This document shows positions 60,654-64,000 of a DNA stretch of 64,000 nucleotides, piece after piece. The stretch is from Eledone cirrhosa (Eukaryota), in contig OZ024744.1 in assembly GCA_964016885.1 (NCBI GenBank), positions 93,186,001 to 93,250,000 on the forward strand. Reading direction: 5' to 3'. The notes below the pieces were generated by a model, which was not told the DNA's origin, made no database searches, and saw only the letters and a program-made list of their open reading frames with translations. A program made the translations under genes and the position numbers. The number at the start of each line of letters is the position of its first letter. The first letter of the stretch is position 1.

Positions 60654-63600
60654 CTAGCAGAGGTACCCGGCGTTGCCCAGTATAACTCTCAATGGAGTAG
60701 TCGTTCAAATGAACCGAAAGACTTCTGTTAAACACGACTATAGAAGTAACAATTTCTAGGTGTTGGCCCTAAAGAGGACCTTTTAACGTTTACTTTGAAA
60801 TATCTCAGCGGCGGTGCTGCCAGCAAAGACGAATCCAATGGTAACAATTTAAACTTGGTGGCCCTAAAGAGAGCCTTGGATCGTTCACTCTTAAAAGTCC
60901 CAGTGGCAGAGCTGTCAGCAAAGACGACTCCGATAAGAGGTGGTGGTCCTTAAGAAGTCCTTCACACCTCTTTGGTGTGTCCTATTTGCTTTGCTTGTTA
61001 TTTGAGATTGTAACCTAGAAAAGCATGTAACTGTCGGTGGCCACAAAAACGGCCTTGGCAAGATCATGCTGGAATGTCAAAAAAATGTGTAGGGGCAAGT
61101 AGATCAATTAGGTTAAAACTACGGAACATTGATAGCAAAGCGTAATAGCAAAATATAAATGCGGAAAACGGAGACATTGAACATTTATAACATATAGCAA
61201 AAGCAACCTCAGAGGTGTACGTGGTATTGTCAAAAGGACAAAAATAGCACAGGGATACAGCAAATGTAAGCACTTATACAGAAAAAAACAGCGATTACTT
61301 GTTGGCCGATGGGGTGCCTACAAAACATCTTTATAGACTATATTTTGGGTTTTCTCGCGAGTTGCAAAAGCAAATAGGTTATGTCGGCTCGAGAGCAAAT
61401 AGGTTATGTCCCCACTCGAGAGCAGCCAACATATAGTTGACCATCGGAGAAGCACGGTTCTTCTAAATTAAGCCCTACGACCGTCAGCATCTGACCGTGT
61501 GATTTGTTAATCGACATGGCGAAACTGAGCTGGAGAGGGAATTGCAGCCTTCTGAATGTGAAAGGAATGTCTTTACCGGATGGAATGAGAGGTATCCTTG
61601 GTATGAAGACAGTATCCCCCTTACCACATCCTGTAAGTATTGTTGCCTCAATAACATGAGGCATCGCCTTTTGGACGACCAGACGCATGCCACTGGAAAG
61701 CCTTCGGAGCTCCAAATTCCTGAGGAGCATGACAGGAGCACCATTCTTAGGTCGCAGAGAGTGTGGTGGCAATCCGGGAGGGTCTAGGGAGTTAAGAAAT
61801 TATGTGGGGTAATTAAGAACTTCGTCTGGATCAGCCATAGAATCAAGGGACTTGTAGACATGCAGGTTTCCAAGCAAGCACAGCATGAGCTGTTCATTGA
61901 TGTTTCCAACCATGTGGTCCGTAACTCAGCAATTGACTTAACACATCTGCAAATCCCTGTGAGGTCCACTGCACCATCTCCGTCGAATGGGACTTTGTCA
62001 TCGCCCAACGACAAAATGGCAGCAGCAATGGCAGCCTTGTGCATTCGTCCCAAACAATTAGTAGGTAGCGCTTTAACACCAGTGCTTTTCCAGAAGACTT
62101 GCTGATGTTGCACGTGGGTGTCTCAGATGATGCCACGTTGAGAGGAAGACTGAAGGCAGAATGGGCCGTCCTGCCACCAGGCAGCAAAGTTGCTGCAATG
62201 CCAGAAGAAGCCACGGCCAATGCGATGTTTCCGTGTTGCCTCACTACAGCAAGTAAAAGTTTAATTACAAATGTTTTTCCCGTGCCTCCAGGAAGAATAT
62301 ACCCCCCCCCCCACCTCCCCAATTATGGATGGAATCAACGACAATGTTGTAGGCTTGTTTTTGATCCATTAGCAGTTTTGGTTCATTTTCTTCAACATAC
62401 CTTTTGAGTTCGTCGACATCATATGACGTTTCACGTATAATGTCATTGGGGATGTCAGATGGCGCATCTCGAAGTGTTAGCGGAAGCCCATATTTCTCCA
62501 AGACATCTCCGCCCATTGAAGCCACTCTGTCTTCAATGTCGATCAGAGCTCTGTTATATATAGCGTCTGAAAAGCCGACATCTAAGTTTGGAGATTGTAA
62601 TTGAGCGAGACGCCTATATTCGTCTGCGAAATCATCTTTAAACTTTTGCCATAAAGAGTAAGGATCGCTCAATTCACAGACGTGCAAGAGGATAGCAAAA
62701 AGTGCTCTTAGACTACGGGATGATTGTGAGATGGCAGCTTCCGTCAAGGTTGCATCCCATTGTGCCTCATCTTCTAAAAGTCCACGCCTCAAGCAGGCTT
62801 CCCTGTATGTTCCGCAGACATATCCATTGACCGTTCTCAGATGAGTGAAGGTGGTCGGCCCTCTTACCTCATGAAGCAGAAGTTGCAGGTAGAAACATTC
62901 GTGTTGGGTAGGGTGGAGCGTATTGTCGAATTTGATGCCTGGATGTCCAACCACCTCTTGCCTTACCTTCCATCGTAGCCATTTTGTCCGGTTCCATGTA
63001 TAGTAAGACGGTATTTCAGAATACAGCAGAGTTCGAGCGAAGTTGTCGTGTTGACAAAGTTGGAAAAAAGCAGTGAGTGTAGTTTCCTTTGGTGAGATCG
63101 CTAGCTGAGCAGCTGTTGCATCATTGAAATACACCCGTTGACCGTTTTCAAGGTGAACGGCAAGTTAATGACGGGGTGTCGTTGGTGCAGTGGGAAGCCA
63201 AAAATGCTCCAAAAGGCTTCATTGCTGCTAATGTATCGGCCTGCTTGGTAGTCAGATACCTCGTCTCTACTGTTTTCATGACGAAGACCAAAGACGGCAG
63301 CATCTGATCCCTTGTTTATGTACTTACAAACGTATTTAATTGATTTTACTGAGTTTCATAATTCAATGTTTATATGGGCGTTGAATGCTTTCAAGAGGAG
63401 GGGGCAATATGGCACTATACAGCTGTTGTCGATTTCACGTTCGCCAACTTTTGCTGTGAACCCACCGTCTTCAGGTCTCCTGCACCTATACAATGGATAT
63501 CTGTCACTGCCAGTCTGTGTTTCCTGTAAAAACGGCCTGGGATATCGTTTTGTACACTTTCCATCGTGTATGCACGGGGACTTCATATTGGGTCCATGTC

Positions 63601-64000
63601 CGCAAGGACAATGGACCATGTTTGATGTGACTATAGAGAAGAGGTCCTTGTCAATTGACGGATCAGGTAGTTCGGCAAAAATGAATTTGTCGATGTAGTT
63701 TGAACTGATTTTTGTAACCAACCAAATCAAGATATGGGCATGCGGCAGCCCTCGTTTGTGCCATTTAACCGTGTACATGTCGCACCTGACAGGCCCCAAA
63801 ACCTGTCCTTTCTTTAATAAATCCATTAATTGGGATAATTTCAGGCGAAACACTCTTGCTATGAGATTGTGCCTGTGTCTTGGCGCTTGACGTTGGAACA
63901 GTTCGTTTGTAATCTCCTTCCACTTGGGATTGCATGTAGACGTTATGAAAAGGTCGGGGCGCCCATAATGTCATACGTAAGTCATGGCGTCCTGAGTCCT
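60654..64000 (-). mobile_element. Helitron (decayed RepHel), continuing beyond the window
   Basis: Rep motifs PDLFITSTCNPKW, KRGLPHAHILIW and IKYVCKYINKG. PIF1-like helicase motifs PGGTGKTF, ASSGIAATLLPGGRTAHS, IVWDEC and [28 protein letters not shown]. 3' terminus has the hairpin CTGGGCAACGCCGGG followed by CTAG|T. Confidence 0.95.

Noticed and set aside
61404-63853. Host PIF1 helicase gene or viral Rep
   Set aside because: Rep plus helicase order, absence of introns, many disablements and the CTAG/hairpin terminus identify a Helitron.

Overview
AT-rich, repeat-dense eukaryotic DNA. The SINE, RTE and microsatellite landscape suggests a coleoid cephalopod, probably an octopod (inference). 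There is one host gene: the 3' part of a + strand STXBP4 (syntaxin-binding protein 4/Synip) orthologue. I reconstructed 15 coding exons by hand (5578-40539). All introns are GT-AG, the phases are mutually consistent, and the spliced frame is about 803 codons: PDZ C-terminus, long Ser/Pro-rich linker, degenerate EF-hand, coiled coils, WW domain. The 5' exons lie upstream of the window. The remainder is transposon-derived or tandem repeat: 5'-truncated RTE and CR1 LINEs, CRE-clade 3' fragments, a Penelope-like GIY-YIG fragment interrupted by a solo LTR, two tRNA-derived SINE families, piggyBac/hAT/Tc1-mariner MITEs, micro- and minisatellites, and a decayed Helitron (60654 to window end, - strand). 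I found no prokaryotic-type system. The best leads are: a TGA at a conserved Cys of the Penelope-like element (Naiad-type selenocysteine candidate), the PDZ/linker architecture of STXBP4, inverted SINE pairs around coding exons, and minisatellites repeatedly arising from the RTE 3' UTR.
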